DNA of 64,000 nt, taken from contig CAYSLI010000001.1 of the NCBI GenBank assembly GCA_964431915.1, forward strand, positions 47,240-111,239, given 5' to 3'. Under the pieces are notes generated by a model that was given only the letters and a program-made list of their open reading frames with translations, was not told the origin of the DNA and searched no databases. Numbering within the stretch: position 1 is the first letter of the stretch; each line of letters opens with the position of its first letter. The stretch is from an uncultured Candidatus Saccharibacteria bacterium. Lineage in GTDB: Bacteria; Patescibacteriota; Minisyncoccia; Minisyncoccales; CAZKCU01. The position numbers were made by a program, and so were the translations under genes. Positions 1 through 9,735 of this stretch are shown piece after piece.

Positions 1-54
1 TGACCCTCCCCCATCAACTCCAATTACATAATTTAACTGCTTCTCTTCTTTCAT
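1..54 (-). CDS. 5' end (18 codons) of a gene running off the window; BadF/BadG/BcrA/BcrD-type ATPase or N-acetylglucosamine-kinase-like N-terminus
   Basis: Reverse strand reads ATG AAA GAA ... = MKEEKQLNYVIGVDGGGS. IGVDGGGS/T is the phosphate-1 motif of ASKHA kinases/BadF ATPases. The ATG overlaps the TGA of the upstream gene (ATGA). Only 18 aa are visible. Confidence 0.3.
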   Translation of the reverse strand, partial: MKEEKQLNYVIGVDGGGS

Positions 55-1244
55 TTTTTAATATTTCTTTTTACTAAAGAATTAGGATAAATTAAGCAAT
101 TAGAGCCAATTAATGCTCCTGGCATTATAGAAACGTTTATTCCGGTTTTAACATTATCTCCTAAGACGGAGCCGAATTTCTTTCTTTTAGTATCAACCAA
201 TTTCCCATTAGTCATTAATTTAATTGTTTTTTTGTCGAATCGCAGATTGGCAATAATTGTTCCTGTCCCAAGGTTACAATCTTCTCCAATTATTGAATCG
301 CCGATATAACTTAAATGAGAAATTTCAACATTATCTCCTATGATTGAATTTTTTATTTCTACTGCCTGGCCAATTCGGCAATTTGAACCGATGCTAACAG
401 GCCCTCTTATATGACAATTTGGTCCGACCTGACAGCTCTTACCAATATAGATCGGGCCTTCAAGATAACTCCCGCTTTTAATTAAAGTTCCTTTTTTAAT
501 TATTACTTTTCCTTTTAGTTGGGTTTCTTTCTCAATTTTACCTTCCCTAATTCCTTTTTCTCTCTTTATTAAAAGCTCATTAACTTCAAATAAATCCCAG
601 GGATAAGAAAGAGGGTGCCATTTTTTTGCCTTAACAAAAAATAATTTTTCTTTTTTTATAAATTCCCTTAAATAATCAGTGAATTCATACTCACCTCTCA
701 ACGATTTTTTAATCTTGAAATTAAAAATTAGTTTTGGTAAAAAATAAAGCCCGGCATTTACTAAGTTATCTGTAGGCGTTTTTGGTTTTTCAACTATACC
801 TTTAACAAATCTTCCCTTACAAGAAACAATCCCGAAATTAGAAGGATTTTTTACCCGAGCTAACAAAATACAAGGATATTTTTTTAAGCATTTTTTAATA
901 TCCTCTCTATTATATAAATCATCGCCGTTTAAAAGTAAAAATTTATCTCCAAGTAAAGAAAGAGTCTTTTTTGCCGCATTACCCGTTCCTAATTGTTCTT
1001 TCTGAAAAACATATCTTATTTTTAGGTTTTTGTAGCGCTCTCCAATAAGGTTTCTTATTTTCTCGCCTTGATAACCAATGACTAAAACTACCTCTCTTAC
1101 TAAACCATTTAATTGGTCCAAATTATGTTCTAAAATAGTTTTATTTAAAACTTTTAAAAGAGGTTTTGGTCGGGTTTCGGTAAGAGGTTGAAATCTCTTG
1201 CCTTTTCCAGCGGCTAAAATTATTGCCTGTAAGCTTTTTATCAC
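51..1244 (-). CDS. sugar-1-phosphate nucleotidyltransferase with C-terminal left-handed beta-helix acetyltransferase domain (archaeal GlmU-like)
   Basis: N-terminal LAAGKGKRFxPLTxxRPKPLL nucleotidyltransferase signature. C-terminal third is a run of hexapeptide repeats (IGKSCQVGPNCHIRGPVSIGSNCRIG...). Confidence 0.8.
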   Translation of the reverse strand: MIKSLQAIILAAGKGKRFQPLTETRPKPLLKVLNKTILEHNLDQLNGLVREVVLVIGYQGEKIRNLIGERYKNLKIRYVFQKEQLGTGNAAKKTLSLLGDKFLLLNGDDLYNREDIKKCLKKYPCILLARVKNPSNFGIVSCKGRFVKGIVEKPKTPTDNLVNAGLYFLPKLIFNFKIKKSLRGEYEFTDYLREFIKKEKLFFVKAKKWHPLSYPWDLFEVNELLIKREKGIREGKIEKETQLKGKVIIKKGTLIKSGSYLEGPIYIGKSCQVGPNCHIRGPVSIGSNCRIGQAVEIKNSIIGDNVEISHLSYIGDSIIGEDCNLGTGTIIANLRFDKKTIKLMTNGKLVDTKRKKFGSVLGDNVKTGINVSIMPGALIGSNCLIYPNSLVKRNIKK

Positions 1245-1260
1245 AGTAAAGAAGGGTTAA

Positions 1261-1863
1261 TTAATAAGTTTTAGCGAGCTTAAAAGCTTTTTTATTTAAT
1301 TCCAGATATTTTCCCGGAATAATTTTATTAATTGCTTTTAAAATTGAATTTACTTTAATCGGAATTAAATTTTTAAAGGAGGCTAAGCTGATTAGATAAA
1401 TTCCAGCGACTACTTTAGCTCCCAGTTTTTTCTGGCAGATTTCCTCTGCCGGAACTAAAATAATATTTTTGCTAATCTTTTTTAGGCGCTTTAAAATCTC
1501 TTTTTCAGATAAAGATTTTGCTAAAGAAATAGAAATAATCTTTTTGTTAAGTAAAAAGGTGGTTCCCGAATTGGCAAAGGAATAAGCCCTTAAAGTTTCT
1601 TGCATTTCTAATCCTAAGATTAAATCAGCTTTTCCGGCTGAAACCATTGGTGAGTAAATTTTTTTACCGAACCTGATATGAACTTCAACCGACCCTCCTC
1701 TTTGAGAAAGTCCATGGAGTTCAGAACTTTTGAAATCAAATTTTTCAATCAAAGCAGCCTCGGCCAAAACCTGTAAAAGAGTAATTTGACCCTGCCCCCC
1801 TGTTCCTACAATTAACATATTAAATTGGTTTGTTTTCTTGTTCATTTTTTTATCTGGATGCAT
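1261..1863 (-). CDS. iorB: indolepyruvate:ferredoxin oxidoreductase beta subunit (2-oxoacid oxidoreductase gamma-type domain)
   Basis: GTGGQGxxT motif (IVGTGGQGQITLLQVL) and ELHGLSQRGGSV, typical of the POR gamma/IorB domain. Lies immediately downstream of, and overlapping, iorA. Confidence 0.75.
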   Translation of the reverse strand: MHPDKKMNKKTNQFNMLIVGTGGQGQITLLQVLAEAALIEKFDFKSSELHGLSQRGGSVEVHIRFGKKIYSPMVSAGKADLILGLEMQETLRAYSFANSGTTFLLNKKIISISLAKSLSEKEILKRLKKISKNIILVPAEEICQKKLGAKVVAGIYLISLASFKNLIPIKVNSILKAINKIIPGKYLELNKKAFKLAKTY

Positions 1864-3503
1864 GGACGACGAGCTATAATTACTGAAACCTCTTTTTTAT
1901 TTAAAAATTTTTTAACTGTATTAATAAACTCTTTTTGATTGATGGGGTCAATTACTTTTAAATTCTTTACACCGCAGGATTTAACAATATTTTCAATCTT
2001 TATTCCGTCTGGTACAGCTGGCGCCCCCGGATGGGGCTGATGCCCGGTCATAGCCGTAGTTCGATTATCCATTACGATAATTAAAGGATTGGATTTGTTA
2101 AAAACTGTATTAATCAAAGCTGGGATACCGGCGTGAAAAAAAGTTGAGTCGCCAATAAAAGTAATTAATTTTTGACCGCTCGCTTTTTTTATCCCGTGAG
2201 CAATCCCTATTGATGAACCCATACAGGAAAGATAATCTTGGATAAAATGAGGAGGCATCCCAGCTAACATATAACAGCCAATGTCTCCACCAAAAATTAC
2301 CTTTTTGGGGTCAACGGCCTTTTTAACTGCCCCAAAAACTAACCAATAGGGACAGCCAGGACAAAGTTGAGGGAACCTTTTGGGAATTTTCAATTTCCAA
2401 TTTTCAATTTTCAATGAATTTTCAATTTTCAATTTACAATTAGCAAATTTAGCGATGGCTGAGGTAACAATTTCGGGTTTTAGTTCGCCAACTTCGGGAA
2501 TCAGACTTTTTCCAAAAATTTGAAGTTTTGGATTAGCAGTTTTTGCTAATCTTTCTATTTCTCTTTCTAAATATGGCTCTAATTCTTCAACAATCAGAAC
2601 TTTTTTCAAATTTTTAATAAAATTCTTTATTTTCTCTTTTGGTAAAGGATAAAAAAATCCCAGCTTCAAAACCGGTATTTTCAAACTAAGCTCTTTTAGT
2701 GCCTCTATTACATATAAATGGGCAACCCCTGAACTAATTATCCCTATTTTCTGTCTGTCGGTATCAGATACCGACAGACTTATCTCATTTATTCGGTTTT
2801 TTTCAGAAAATTGCTTGACTTTTTCTATTTTTTCTAAAAGTTCTTTTTTCATCTCTAAAACTCTCGGGGGCATGGTAACAAATCTCTTTGGCTCTTTAAT
2901 AAACTCTCCCGTTACGTTGCCGGGTCTCGTAATTTTTCCTAGTTTGACTGGCATTCGCTGGTGAGCAACTCTGGTTGTAGTCCTTATCATTACTGGAATT
3001 TTAAATTTTTCTGAAATTTGAAAAGCTAAATTTGTAAAATCTTTACATTCCTGAGGATCTGAAGGTTCTAAAACAGGAATATGGGCTAAGAAAGCAAAAG
3101 CTCGGCTATTTTCTTCAGATTGAGCTGAACTATGACAAGAAGGGTCATCGGCAACAATAATTACAGTTGGACCCTTTGTGCCAGTATATAAAAAAGGAAG
3201 TAAAGAATCTGAACAGACATTTGTCCCAAAATTTTTCATTGCCACCAAGGTTTTCAAGCCAGAAAAAGAAGCTCCAACTCCTGCTTCCAAAGCTACTTTT
3301 TCATTGGTAGAAAACTCAAAATAACCTTTATATTTTCCTGCTTGAGAAAGTTTAAAAAAGGTATTTCCAATTTCCGAAGCCGGGGTCCCGGGATAAGTAG
3401 AAACAAATTGAATCCCTACTTCCAAAGCTCCTCGAACAATTGCTTCATTGCCCAAAAGAATAATTTTTTTGCCAGGTTTACCCAGCAGGAGAACTTCTTC
3501 CAT
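1842..3503 (-). CDS. iorA: indolepyruvate:ferredoxin oxidoreductase alpha subunit
   Basis: TPP-enzyme layout with GGDIGCY ... MGSSIGIAHG ... GDSTFFHAGIPALIN motifs. Overlaps iorB by 22 nt. Contains a 60-nt heptamer-repeat insert (see repeat 2385-2444). Confidence 0.8.
   Translation of the reverse strand: MEEVLLLGKPGKKIILLGNEAIVRGALEVGIQFVSTYPGTPASEIGNTFFKLSQAGKYKGYFEFSTNEKVALEAGVGASFSGLKTLVAMKNFGTNVCSDSLLPFLYTGTKGPTVIIVADDPSCHSSAQSEENSRAFAFLAHIPVLEPSDPQECKDFTNLAFQISEKFKIPVMIRTTTRVAHQRMPVKLGKITRPGNVTGEFIKEPKRFVTMPPRVLEMKKELLEKIEKVKQFSEKNRINEISLSVSDTDRQKIGIISSGVAHLYVIEALKELSLKIPVLKLGFFYPLPKEKIKNFIKNLKKVLIVEELEPYLEREIERLAKTANPKLQIFGKSLIPEVGELKPEIVTSAIAKFANCKLKIENSLKIENWKLKIPKRFPQLCPGCPYWLVFGAVKKAVDPKKVIFGGDIGCYMLAGMPPHFIQDYLSCMGSSIGIAHGIKKASGQKLITFIGDSTFFHAGIPALINTVFNKSNPLIIVMDNRTTAMTGHQPHPGAPAVPDGIKIENIVKSCGVKNLKVIDPINQKEFINTVKKFLNKKEVSVIIARRPCIQIKK
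2385..2444 (-). repeat. 7-nt-period tandem repeat (AATTTTC x8 with one 4-nt interruption, plus-strand reading) in frame inside iorA
   Basis: aattttc aatttcc aattttc aattttc aatg aattttc aattttc aatttac aattagc = 60 nt = 20 codons. Translated on the minus strand as ...CKLKIENSLKIENWKLKI... Confidence 0.9.
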
Positions 3504-3507
3504 ATAT

Positions 3508-6003
3508 TTAAACTACAATATTAATAAGTTTCCCCGGAACAAAAATAACTTTTTTAATCTCTTTTCCTTTGAGCCATTTTTTGATTTTTTCTTGAGAAAA
3601 AGCCAATTCTTTTGCTTTTTCTTCTTTTATATCTGCTTCAACTTCTATTTTATCACGAATTTTGCCATTGACTTGAATAACTAAAGTTATTTTCTCCTCT
3701 TCAATTAATTTCGGGTCATATCTCGGCCAGGGCTGAGAGAAAATTGAATCTCTTTTCTTATAATCTTTAAGCTCTTTTTTATCTTTTAATTTTCGCCAAA
3801 GCTCTTCTGCCATATGAGGAGCAAAAGGAGAAAAAATCTTTAGGAAATTTTTAAAATCTCCTTTTTCTAATCCTCCCTTCTCTTTTTGCCAACTATTAGA
3901 AAACTCCATCAGCGAACTAATAGCTGTGTTGAACTTTAAATTCTCAATATCTTCTGAAACTTTTTTAATAGTCTGATGAAGTAATTTTCTTAAAGCAAAA
4001 GAGCTTTTAGATTTTTGAGAATAGGGAATTTGATTAGCTAATTTCCAAGCTTTATCTAAAAACCTCTTTGATCCCTTTACTCCTCTGGTATCCCAAGCGA
4101 TAGTTTCAGCAAAGGGCCCTATAAACATCTCGTAAATTCTCAAAATATCAGCGCCGTATTGCTTTATAATTTGTTCAGGGTTAATTACGTTGCCCCGAGA
4201 CTTGGACATTTTAATTCCTCCTTCGCCAAGAATCATTCCGTGAGAAGTTCGTTTCTTATAGGGTTCGGAGCCAATAACTTTTGGTACAACCCCTATGTCC
4301 CATAAAAATTTATAGATAAAACGAGAATACAAAAGATGCAAAGTAGTATGCTCCATGCCTCCATTATACCAGTCTACTGACATCCAATATTTAAGTAATT
4401 TTGGATTGGCTAATTTTTTATCGTTTTTGGGATCACAATAGCGAAGATAATACCAATTAGAACCAGCCCAGTTTGGCATAACATCGGTCTCTCTTTTTGC
4501 GGGACCGCCGCATTTAGGGCATTTAACATTTAGCCAATTTTCAACTGCTGCCAATGGGGATTCGCCAGTCTCAGTCGGTTGATATTTTTTAACCCGAGGA
4601 AGTTTAACCGGTAAATCTTTTTCTGCCACCGGCAACCAACCACATCTCTCACACTTTATCATTGGAATTGGCTCTCCCCAATAACGTTGGCGAGAAAAAA
4701 TCCAATCTCTCAATTTATAATGAACAGTTTTTTTTGCTAAATCTTTTCTTTCTAGCCACTCAGCAATTCTTTCTTTGGCAATTTCTGAACCTATACCATC
4801 AAATCTTCCGGAATTAATTAAATATCCCTCATCTTCATAAGCTTTTTTGAACCTGCCGTTGGAAACCACTAATCCAGCTGTTTTTGGTAATTCTTTCTTT
4901 TCTTTAAAAGGTTTAATCACCTCAATCATTGGTAAATTATATTGTCTGGCGAAATCAAAATCTCTTTGGTCGTGAGCTGGAACAGCCATAATTGCCCCGG
5001 TACCATAGTGCATCAAAACATAATCTGCTAAAAAAATGGGAATTTGTCTCTGATTTACCGGATTTACTGCCTTTATTCCTTTAACTTCTATTCCAGTTTT
5101 TTCTTTAATTTCTGAAATTCTCTCTCTTTCAGTTTTCTTTTTAGATTGCTCAATATAATTTTTAACATATTTATAATTTGTAATCCGGTCTTTAAAATTT
5201 TCAATAATTGGGTGCTCAGGCGCCACCACCAAGTAAGTAGCACCAAATAAAGTATCTGCCCGAGTAGTAAACACTTGAATCTTTGAACTTGAATCTTTAA
5301 TCTTGAAAGTTATCTCCCATCCTTCTGACTTTCCTATCCAATCTTTCTGGAGAATCTTAACTTTCTCCGGGTAATCAACTTTGTCTAAATCCTGAATTAG
5401 TCTTTCAGCATACCTGGTTATTTTAAGCATCCACTGTTCTTTTTCTTTTTTCACAACTTTTGTTCCACACCTTTCGCATTTTCCATCAACCACTTCCTCA
5501 TTAGCCAAACCAATTTTACAAGCCGGACACCAGTTAATTGGCATTTTGCTTTTATAAGCTAATCCTTTTTTAAAAAGCTGTGTAAATATCCATTGAGTCC
5601 ATTTATAATAGGCCGGATCAGTAGTATTAATTTCCCGGCTCCAATCAAAAGACAGACCTATACTTTTTTGTTGCTTCTTAAAAATAGAGATGTTTTTTCG
5701 GGTAGCAGCTCTTGGACGAATCCCGGTTTTAATAGCATAGTTTTCGGTTGGCAATCCAAAAGCATCCCAGCCCATAGAAAACAAAACATTAAAACCCTCC
5801 ATTCTTCTCTTGCGGCTAACTATATCCAAAGCAATATAAGGTCGGCAATGCCCAACATGAAGCCCTTCGCCAGATGGATAAGGAAACTCAACCAAAATAT
5901 AGGCCTTTGCCTTTTTGGAAAAATCTTTCGCTTCAAAAATTCCTATTTTATCCCAAACTCTTTGCCATCTTTTTTCTATTTTCTGGGGATTATAATTGAC
6001 CAT
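3508..6003 (-). CDS. leuS: leucine--tRNA ligase
   Basis: 831 aa. Class I HVGH (GEGLHVGHCRPY) and KMSKS (IKMSKSRGN) motifs, CP1 editing domain, typical LeuRS N-terminus MxxYNPxxIExxWQxxW. Confidence 0.97.
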   Translation of the reverse strand: MVNYNPQKIEKRWQRVWDKIGIFEAKDFSKKAKAYILVEFPYPSGEGLHVGHCRPYIALDIVSRKRRMEGFNVLFSMGWDAFGLPTENYAIKTGIRPRAATRKNISIFKKQQKSIGLSFDWSREINTTDPAYYKWTQWIFTQLFKKGLAYKSKMPINWCPACKIGLANEEVVDGKCERCGTKVVKKEKEQWMLKITRYAERLIQDLDKVDYPEKVKILQKDWIGKSEGWEITFKIKDSSSKIQVFTTRADTLFGATYLVVAPEHPIIENFKDRITNYKYVKNYIEQSKKKTERERISEIKEKTGIEVKGIKAVNPVNQRQIPIFLADYVLMHYGTGAIMAVPAHDQRDFDFARQYNLPMIEVIKPFKEKKELPKTAGLVVSNGRFKKAYEDEGYLINSGRFDGIGSEIAKERIAEWLERKDLAKKTVHYKLRDWIFSRQRYWGEPIPMIKCERCGWLPVAEKDLPVKLPRVKKYQPTETGESPLAAVENWLNVKCPKCGGPAKRETDVMPNWAGSNWYYLRYCDPKNDKKLANPKLLKYWMSVDWYNGGMEHTTLHLLYSRFIYKFLWDIGVVPKVIGSEPYKKRTSHGMILGEGGIKMSKSRGNVINPEQIIKQYGADILRIYEMFIGPFAETIAWDTRGVKGSKRFLDKAWKLANQIPYSQKSKSSFALRKLLHQTIKKVSEDIENLKFNTAISSLMEFSNSWQKEKGGLEKGDFKNFLKIFSPFAPHMAEELWRKLKDKKELKDYKKRDSIFSQPWPRYDPKLIEEEKITLVIQVNGKIRDKIEVEADIKEEKAKELAFSQEKIKKWLKGKEIKKVIFVPGKLINIVV

Positions 6004-6069
6004 ACTTAAATTTTAAATAATTTTTTAGCATTTTCAGTAGTAATTTTAGCTATTTCTTCAAAACTGAAA

Positions 6070-7518
6070 TTAAATTCTTGGGAACAAAGGCTTACTTTTT
6101 TTAATTTTTAATTGTTCAAGAATTTTTTCTGAGGTTTCTGGTAAAAAGGGCCTTAACATCTCAGCGATGTTACTAACAGTAAATAGCAAATTACCAATAA
6201 CTATTTTTTGATTTTCTTTTTCTTCCCAAGGTTTTTCTTTTTCAATATATCTATCGCAAAAACTAATTAATCCCCAAATGGAAATTAAGGCTTCATTAAA
6301 TTTAAATTTCTCTAAAGATTTTTTATAATTTCCCCGCGTTTTGTCAATTTCTTTTTTGATATTTGGATTTTGGATTTGATTTGACGTTTGGATTTTGTTA
6401 TTTGAATTTATCTTCTCTACCATTGTCAAAACTCTAGCTACCAAATTCCCAAGTCCTTTGGATAGATCAGCATTATACCTTGCTTCAAATTTCTCATAGG
6501 TAAAGTCGCCATCTTCAGTCGGCGGAATTTCCCTTAAAAGAAAATATCTTACAGCATCGGTTCCATATTTTTTTACTAGTTCAAAAGGATTAACAACATT
6601 TCCCAAAGATTTTGACATTTTTCGGCCATTAACTGTAATAAATCCGTGAACAAATATAGTTTTTGGAAATTTTAAATTAAGGGATAAAAGTATTGCCGGC
6701 CAAATCAAGGCATGAAATCTTACAATATCTTTACCGATACAATGGACATCGGCAGGCCAGTATCTTTTGAATCTTTCACTATTTTCTGAATAACCAATAG
6801 CTGAAATATAGTTAGTGAGAGCGTCTGGCCATATGTATAAAAATTGAGTAGGGTCATTAGGAACCGGAATTCCCCAATATTTTTCTTTCTCTCTTGAAAA
6901 ACTAATATCTTCCAATCCTTGTCTGATAATAGCCAATATTTCATTTTTTCTTGATTCCGGAATAATCCTTATTTTATCCTTTTCAATTATTTCTTTTATC
7001 TTTTGAGAATATTTTGAAAGGCTGAAAAAATAATTTTCTTCCTCAATTAACTCTACTTTCTTTTGATGAATAGGACATTTTTCATCAACTAAATCTTTTT
7101 TAGTAACAAAAGCTTCGCAATCGGCACAATAAAAACCTCTATAGTTCTTTTTATAAATCTCCCCATTTTCTTTTAATTTTAACCAAACCTTCTTTACTGC
7201 TGGCCAATGTCTCTTTTTATCGGTGGTTCTAATAAAATCATTATTAGAAAGATTTAAAACTGTTTTTAATTCTCTAAACTTTTCTGATATCTCATCAGCA
7301 AACTCTTTCGGCGTTTTATTAGCCTTCTCTGCTGCCCTTTTAGTTTTTAATCCGTGCTCGTCCGTACCCGTTAAGAAAAAGGTGTCTTCGCCCAATGAAT
7401 GATGATAACGAGCCAAAACATCTGCTTGAATTATCTCTAAGGCAAAACCAATATGGGGTGACGCATTAGTATAAGGAATACTAGTAGAAATAAAAAATTT
7501 TTTGTTTTTTGTCGACAT
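6070..7518 (-). CDS. metG: methionine--tRNA ligase (short form without C-terminal tRNA-binding domain)
   Basis: PYTNASPHIGF (HIGH-type) and KMSKSLGN motifs. CxxC zinc knuckle (CADCEAF...CPIH). Confidence 0.95.
   Translation of the reverse strand: MSTKNKKFFISTSIPYTNASPHIGFALEIIQADVLARYHHSLGEDTFFLTGTDEHGLKTKRAAEKANKTPKEFADEISEKFRELKTVLNLSNNDFIRTTDKKRHWPAVKKVWLKLKENGEIYKKNYRGFYCADCEAFVTKKDLVDEKCPIHQKKVELIEEENYFFSLSKYSQKIKEIIEKDKIRIIPESRKNEILAIIRQGLEDISFSREKEKYWGIPVPNDPTQFLYIWPDALTNYISAIGYSENSERFKRYWPADVHCIGKDIVRFHALIWPAILLSLNLKFPKTIFVHGFITVNGRKMSKSLGNVVNPFELVKKYGTDAVRYFLLREIPPTEDGDFTYEKFEARYNADLSKGLGNLVARVLTMVEKINSNNKIQTSNQIQNPNIKKEIDKTRGNYKKSLEKFKFNEALISIWGLISFCDRYIEKEKPWEEKENQKIVIGNLLFTVSNIAEMLRPFLPETSEKILEQLKIKKSKPLFPRI
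6361..6410 (-). repeat. ~7-nt-period low-complexity block (TTTGGAT-type) in frame inside metG
   Basis: atttgg attttgg atttg atttgacg tttgg attttgtt atttga attta. Encodes ...NNKIQTSNQIQNPNIKK... near the MetRS C-terminal helical domain. Confidence 0.8.
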
Positions 7519-7581
7519 TAGAATATAATTAAATATAAATTAACTTAATAATTAATCTTATCATATTTTAATTAAAATTCC

Positions 7582-8034
7582 ATGATTGCAACTCCTCATC
7601 TTCTTGTCGGTGCTGCCATAGTTTCGAAAATTAAATTTTTACCTTTGGCATTTTTCCTCGCTTTTTTAAGCCATTATCTTCTGGATTTTATACCGCATTG
7701 GGAATATTCTTTTGAAAATATTAAAGAAAGACGATGGAGAAATTCATTTGGTGATTTCTTAAAAGTGGCTCTGGATACTTCCTTTGGACTATTGCTCATT
7801 TTTATCTTTTCAAAAAATTGGCCACTGGCCCTTGTTGGCGGATTTTTTGCCATTTTATCAGATGGACCTATGGTTATTAATTTAATCCTCCTTAATAAAT
7901 CATTGAAATCATTAAAAATCTTTGAGGATTTTCATCAAAAATTTCACTATCCAAAAAACAAAAAAATCTCCCCTTTTTGGGGAATTTTTAGCCAAGTTGT
8001 AATAGTTTTAATAGCTATTTTCCTGCTACGATAA
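7582..8034 (+). CDS. small integral membrane protein, function unknown
   Basis: 150 aa with about 4 hydrophobic segments. His-rich N-terminal motif (LSHYLLDFIPHWEY). No family recognised confidently. Confidence 0.5.
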   Translation: MIATPHLLVGAAIVSKIKFLPLAFFLAFLSHYLLDFIPHWEYSFENIKERRWRNSFGDFLKVALDTSFGLLLIFIFSKNWPLALVGGFFAILSDGPMVINLILLNKSLKSLKIFEDFHQKFHYPKNKKISPFWGIFSQVVIVLIAIFLLR

Positions 8035-8710
8035 CCACAAATTCACCTTTTATCTCATTTTTTTTAATTTCTTTTATTACCTTTTCAATTTTCCCCCGAT
8101 AAATTGTTTCAAATTTTTTAGTTAATTCGCGACAAACAACTATTTTTCTATCGGCGCTAATCTGTTCTCCCTTCTGTGTAAATCTGTATAAATCGCGAAG
8201 CGATTTAAGAATTCGGTGAGGGGATTCGTAGAAAATTACTGGGTATTTAGATTCTATAATTTCTTCAAAAAAATTTTTCCTCTTTCTTTTCGTTGGCGGG
8301 AAACCCATAAAAATAAATTTATCCATAGCAATACCAGAAATAGAAGCTGCCGCCGTTACTGCCGAAGACCCAGGAACAGGAACAATTTCTACTACGAGCC
8401 CCGGACTCGTAATAATCGCGCTAATCAGTCTATTCCCGGGGTCGGAAATTCCCGGGGTACCGGCATCAGAAACCAAGGCCAAATTTTTACCTTCTTTTAA
8501 AAGTTGAATGATGTATTCAACTTTTTTTAGTTTGGAATGCTGATGGTAACTTAGAGTTGGAGTTTTTATTTGGTAATGATTCAATAATTTTTTGGTGACT
8601 CTTGTATCTTCACACAAAATTAAATCAGCCCCCTTTAAAATTTGGAGGGCTCTAAATGTTAAATCTTCGAGGTTCCCAATTGGAGTACCTATAATATAGA
8701 GAGTGCTCAT
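8015..8710 (-). CDS. rsmI: 16S rRNA (cytidine1402-2'-O)-methyltransferase
   Basis: N-terminus LYIIGTPIGNLEDLTxRALxxLxxxDxIxCEDTR is the RsmI/tetrapyrrole-methylase-fold signature. Confidence 0.9.
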   Translation of the reverse strand: MSTLYIIGTPIGNLEDLTFRALQILKGADLILCEDTRVTKKLLNHYQIKTPTLSYHQHSKLKKVEYIIQLLKEGKNLALVSDAGTPGISDPGNRLISAIITSPGLVVEIVPVPGSSAVTAAASISGIAMDKFIFMGFPPTKRKRKNFFEEIIESKYPVIFYESPHRILKSLRDLYRFTQKGEQISADRKIVVCRELTKKFETIYRGKIEKVIKEIKKNEIKGEFVVIVAGK

Positions 8711-9735
8711 AAAAGAACTGCTTCTTCCTCTTTCTTTTTTTTCAGAAAATCTTTTAAGAATTCAAATAGAATCCCAGCTAAAGGAACAGCTAAAATTGCT
8801 CCTAAAAGTCCCCAGAGAGTTCCCCCAATTGCCAAAGACATTAAAACTAAAACCGGGGAAAGACCAATAAATTTTTTTGTTAAAACTGGCGTCAAAATAT
8901 TGGCATCAATTTGCTGAATTAAGATAAAAACAATAAAAACAAAAATTGCTTTATATACATTTTCTAAAGAGATAATTACAAAAAGGAGAACTGCTGTAAT
9001 AATCGGTCCCAGATAAGGAATAAAATTAAGGGCTCCAGCAAACAATCCCAAGGAAGCAGGATAATCTACCTTAAAGAGTAATAAAGCAACGAAAGTTGCT
9101 ACTCCAACAAATAAACAGGTTAATATTCTTGTCAGAAACCAACCACTAACTTTCTTTTGACATCTTCTCCAGAGAGACAAAGCATAGTCCTCATATTTTT
9201 TGGGGAAAAGAAGACTTAAACTCTTTTCAATTACCTTTTCATCCAAAGAGAGGAAGATAGCAATAGCTAAGATAAAAATTGTTTTGAAAATTCCTCCAAA
9301 GACTATTAATAAGACATTAAAAATGTTGGCAGCTATTCTATCTAATGCCCCTCCCAGAGTATTAACAAAAGTTTCAATATTTTCAAATGCCTGAATGCCC
9401 ATTCCTTTTAAAGGAGGGGAAATCTTTTCAAAATATTGGGGGAGAATTTTTGAAAATTGTTGAATTTCAGAAACAAATATGGGAACAATCAAATAAATCA
9501 AAAGGATCAAGAATCCAAAAACTCCAACATAGACAAAAATAACTGCCAAGACACGGGGGATTTTTAATTTCCTTAAAAAATTAATGACTGGATTAAATAA
9601 AAGGGAAATTATTAAGGCAAAAATAAACCAGACCAAAATATCTCTAATTTGGTAGAGAACATAAAAAGAGAGAATAGCAACAGAAATTTTCAAAATTGTC
9701 CCCCAGGAAATATCAAGAATTTTTTCATTGTTCAT
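8707..9735 (-). CDS. AI-2E family transporter (PerM/YhhT-like permease)
   Basis: 342 aa with about 8 TM segments. C-terminal GGxxWGxxGxxLAVP motif (IGGTLWGLLGAILAVPLAG). Confidence 0.85.
   Translation of the reverse strand: MNNEKILDISWGTILKISVAILSFYVLYQIRDILVWFIFALIISLLFNPVINFLRKLKIPRVLAVIFVYVGVFGFLILLIYLIVPIFVSEIQQFSKILPQYFEKISPPLKGMGIQAFENIETFVNTLGGALDRIAANIFNVLLIVFGGIFKTIFILAIAIFLSLDEKVIEKSLSLLFPKKYEDYALSLWRRCQKKVSGWFLTRILTCLFVGVATFVALLLFKVDYPASLGLFAGALNFIPYLGPIITAVLLFVIISLENVYKAIFVFIVFILIQQIDANILTPVLTKKFIGLSPVLVLMSLAIGGTLWGLLGAILAVPLAGILFEFLKDFLKKKKEEEAVLL

Noticed and set aside
3342-6009. Antisense or nested ORFs such as 3342-3524, 3448-3684 and 5593-6009, and similar 60-140-aa ORFs inside other large genes (e.g. 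6720-6944, 17006-17448, 47700-48044, 53040-53348, 53528-53749)
   Set aside because: They are shadow ORFs on the opposite strand, or out of frame, within confidently identified conserved genes. Their composition is Phe/Ile/Ser/Lys-rich, typical of AT-rich antisense frames.
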